The translations under genes were made by a program, and so were the position numbers. The notes below the pieces were generated by a model that saw only the letters and a program-made list of their open reading frames with translations, was not told where the DNA came from and did not search any database. DNA of 36,222 nt, counting the filler, from Rhabdomonas costata (Eukaryota), in NCBI GenBank assembly GCA_019059605.1. It is 33 parts of 33 records of this genome, joined end to end, with 100 filler letters (N's around TTAATTAATTAA, not from the genome) between each part and the next. Parts side by side here need not be neighbours in the genome. Positions count along the whole stretch, not along the records: positions 34,120 to 35,119 come from JAHMHO010034635.1; positions 35,220 to 36,222 come from JAHMHO010034789.1; 31 more parts are not named here. One strand, written 5' to 3'. This document shows, piece by piece, positions 34,120 to 36,222 of the stretch (the first letter of the stretch is position 1; each line of letters starts with the position of its first letter).

Positions 34120-35036
34120 ACCTCTAAGGGGGTTTTGGGGTCGTTTTTGAGCCTCTTTCAGCCCATTTGTTTGGCTGCTTTTTGGACTTCCACAATTCCT
34201 TTTGTTCCATTTTTGGCCCCCTATGGTGAGTGAGAAAATGCCGGAACGGTAGTTTTGGCTTGTAGAAGGAGCAGAATAATGGGGTAAAATTCACATCCGT
34301 TTGGTGGCCAGCACGGAGCGAAGCGACGCCGTAGGCAACACTGAAAGTTGAATTGCAGTAAATCTAAGTAAATCTATTGGAATTTCGCCTCCAATTAATA
34401 TGACAAAACTCGAAATAAAAAGGGGCTTAAAATGGACAATAATTCTGTATCTCGCTACCCCCTCCCGGCCCTGCACTTTTTCGGGACCAACATTGACCGG
34501 CGGGGGCAGGGGGGTCGAATTTTTGGTGAAAAATGCCCTAAAATGGGGCAAACCCAAGCAAAATGGGTCAAAAATGGGCCAAAAACAGGCGAAAAACGAG
34601 CCTAAAATGTGGCCCAGGCGCCATTGTCGGCGGAAGTGGAGTATTTTCAAAACGCTTCGTGCTAACGAATCAGAATAGGGAGGGAACAGGACCTGAGAAG
34701 CGTTTGCACGTGAGATGGTGAATTATTGTCCATTTTTTCCATAGTGATGGCCCATTTTTAAATCGAGTTTTGTCATATAAAATGGTCAAATTGGCGAATA
34801 GATTAGCTTGGGTATTTACCAATGAAGAAGCACAACACTTACGACGACCTTGGGAGTGAATTAACAACAGGAAACTCCTAAAAAACACAGACGACAACAA
34901 ATCGAGGGGCAAAACGTAACTGTGCCATGTGAATTCCGCCTTTTTTTTCCATTGAAAATCTCCACAACCACCACAGGCACCACAGGTACAAGAGCTGAAA
35001 AAGGCTTAAAAACGACCCTAAAAGCCCCTTAGAGGT
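34120..35036. mobile_element. Putative non-autonomous DNA transposon / MITE with 43-bp terminal inverted repeats
   Basis: 34120-34162 versus reverse complement of 34994-35036: 39/43 identical; AT-richer interior with short degenerate subrepeats and no recognisable coding sequence. Confidence 0.7.
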
Positions 35037-35264
35037 GCACTAACGTGGTCTATCTCACGCAAATGTGATGTCAGTCTGAAGTACTCCTGGGTACCATCAC
35101 TAGACACACTAAGGACCTCNNNNNNNNNNNNNNNNNNNNNNNNNNNNNNNNNNNNNNNNNNNNTTAATTAATTAANNNNNNNNNNNNNNNNNNNNNNNNN
35201 NNNNNNNNNNNNNNNNNNNGGGTTGTTGTGAACTGCTACGTCTCTGACAACCTGCGTGCGTGTG

Positions 35265-35266
<2 letters not shown>

Positions 35267-35304
<38 letters not shown>
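35267..35304 (+). repeat. (TG)19 microsatellite just upstream of a splice acceptor
   Basis: Read directly from the sequence. Confidence 0.95.
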
Positions 35305-35307
<3 letters not shown>

Positions 35308-35314
35308 TGCGCAG

Positions 35315-35452
35315 CTCGTTGTAATTGTGTTTGGCCAAGTGGGACTACGAATCGGCTCCAGGCTACATGACACGGTGCGGGAGAAGGCCCCGCATACCGT
35401 GGAGTTCTCGATGCTTGCCATCCTGTTTGGCGCGTGCACCCTCATGATCGAC
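35315..35452 (+). CDS. Multi-pass membrane protein exon (possibly TauE/SafE-like C-terminal region)
   Basis: GCGCAG acceptor, GTATGA donor; LVVIVFGQVGLRIGSRLHDTVREKAPHTVEFSMLAILFGACTLMID. Confidence 0.65.
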
Positions 35453-36059
35453 GTATGACTCCCCTTGCTTTTCTTTTTGAATCGCGTTGCCATATCTCTC
35501 CCTGTTCTGATCCAGAGCAGAGAGAAAAAAGAGAGACAAATTTGGGGGGCTGCGCTAACGAGAAGGCGGAAACAAAAGATCTGGACCGTAGCTTTTGCGT
35601 AGAGTTGTGGAGTGCATCCTCATCACACACAAGGGTATTTGTTGTCGCCGGTGAGCTCGGCGAGGTAGACCTCTGTCCCACCACCGGTCTACCCCCTACT
35701 CTTGGTCTGTCTCTAACCGGTGAAACGGTTCTGGGGAATCCTCCTCTTCCTCTGCTCAAAAAGCTTCCCCCCCTGGGGTACACTCTGGTCGTTGGGGATG
35801 GGGGTCTAGGTGACGGGGTCCTAACGGCGTTGGCTTGCTCCTCTCCACGTTCCACAGGCCATGCTCCACAGGAATGCACAACAATTTTGCATCCTCGGGA
35901 GATCACCATTCGAACACCCGAGTATAGGAATAGGAGTATAGGAAAGTCACCCAACCCCTCCCTCCCGTTTCTCCTACCGAAACAGGTTCTTTCATTGTGA
36001 AGGTAGTATACCTTCTCGTTGCGGGGGAGTCAGTGGAGTGGAGGGAGGGGCATGCACAG

Positions 36060-36206
36060 GTTCCCTTTACGGTGGAACTCGCGGTGGTTGCTGCGATGTT
36101 TCTGCTCACGGTGGTGGTGCACTACCAATACCCGCGATGGAAGCTCTTCTTCACGGCTGCTACGCACCGCTGCAGCGACAGCGACAGGGACGACGCCCAT
36201 TTGTGA
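36060..36206 (+). CDS. Terminal exon of the same membrane protein
   Basis: GCACAG acceptor, phase 0 compatible with 35452; VPFTVELAVVAAMFLLTVVVHYQYPRWKLFF...DDAHL*. Confidence 0.6.
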   Translation, partial: VPFTVELAVVAAMFLLTVVVHYQYPRWKLFFTAATHRCSDSDRDDAHL

Positions 36207-36222
36207 GCCCCCAACCCCCCAC

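Noticed and set aside
1..36222. rRNA, tRNA, spliced-leader RNA, telomeric repeats, prokaryotic operons or defence systems
   Set aside because: No diagnostic sequence was seen by eye; an Infernal or tRNAscan-SE run is needed to exclude small RNAs formally.

Overview
This is not a continuous locus. It is an artificial concatenation of 33 unrelated contigs of about 1.0 kb, joined by 32 identical 100-nt spacers (44 N + TTAATTAATTAA + 44 N), so nothing can be inferred across spacers and most long six-frame ORFs are noise. The DNA comes from an intron-rich, (CA)n-rich, flagellated eukaryote, most plausibly a euglenid (inference). G/T-only contig starts, A/C-only ends and terminal fold-backs point to a primer-based whole-genome-amplified library. 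Recognisable exons, mostly GT-AG bounded, encode: acetolactate synthase (2 exons), outer-arm dynein heavy chain, a DEAH helicase (with a candidate 10-nt micro-exon), a BMT5/DUF2431 methyltransferase fused to an RRM, a receptor-type adenylate cyclase, a Cache-like sensor, an ankyrin repeat, a filamin repeat, an EGF-like protein, a thioredoxin-like protein (WCGFC), a dual-specificity phosphatase, a CCCH + hnRNP-Q acidic-domain-like protein, and TEX264-like and MGAT5-C-terminal-like proteins. The most interesting non-genic signals are: a dispersed degenerate coding repeat in three contigs, one copy next to tandem Nab2-type CCCH fingers; a ~917-bp element with 43-bp terminal inverted repeats plus a related palindrome in another contig; and a short motif shared by probable intronic sequence of two unrelated genes. 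No rRNA, tRNA, CRISPR or prokaryotic system is supported. All family assignments are motif recognition by eye, not database searches.
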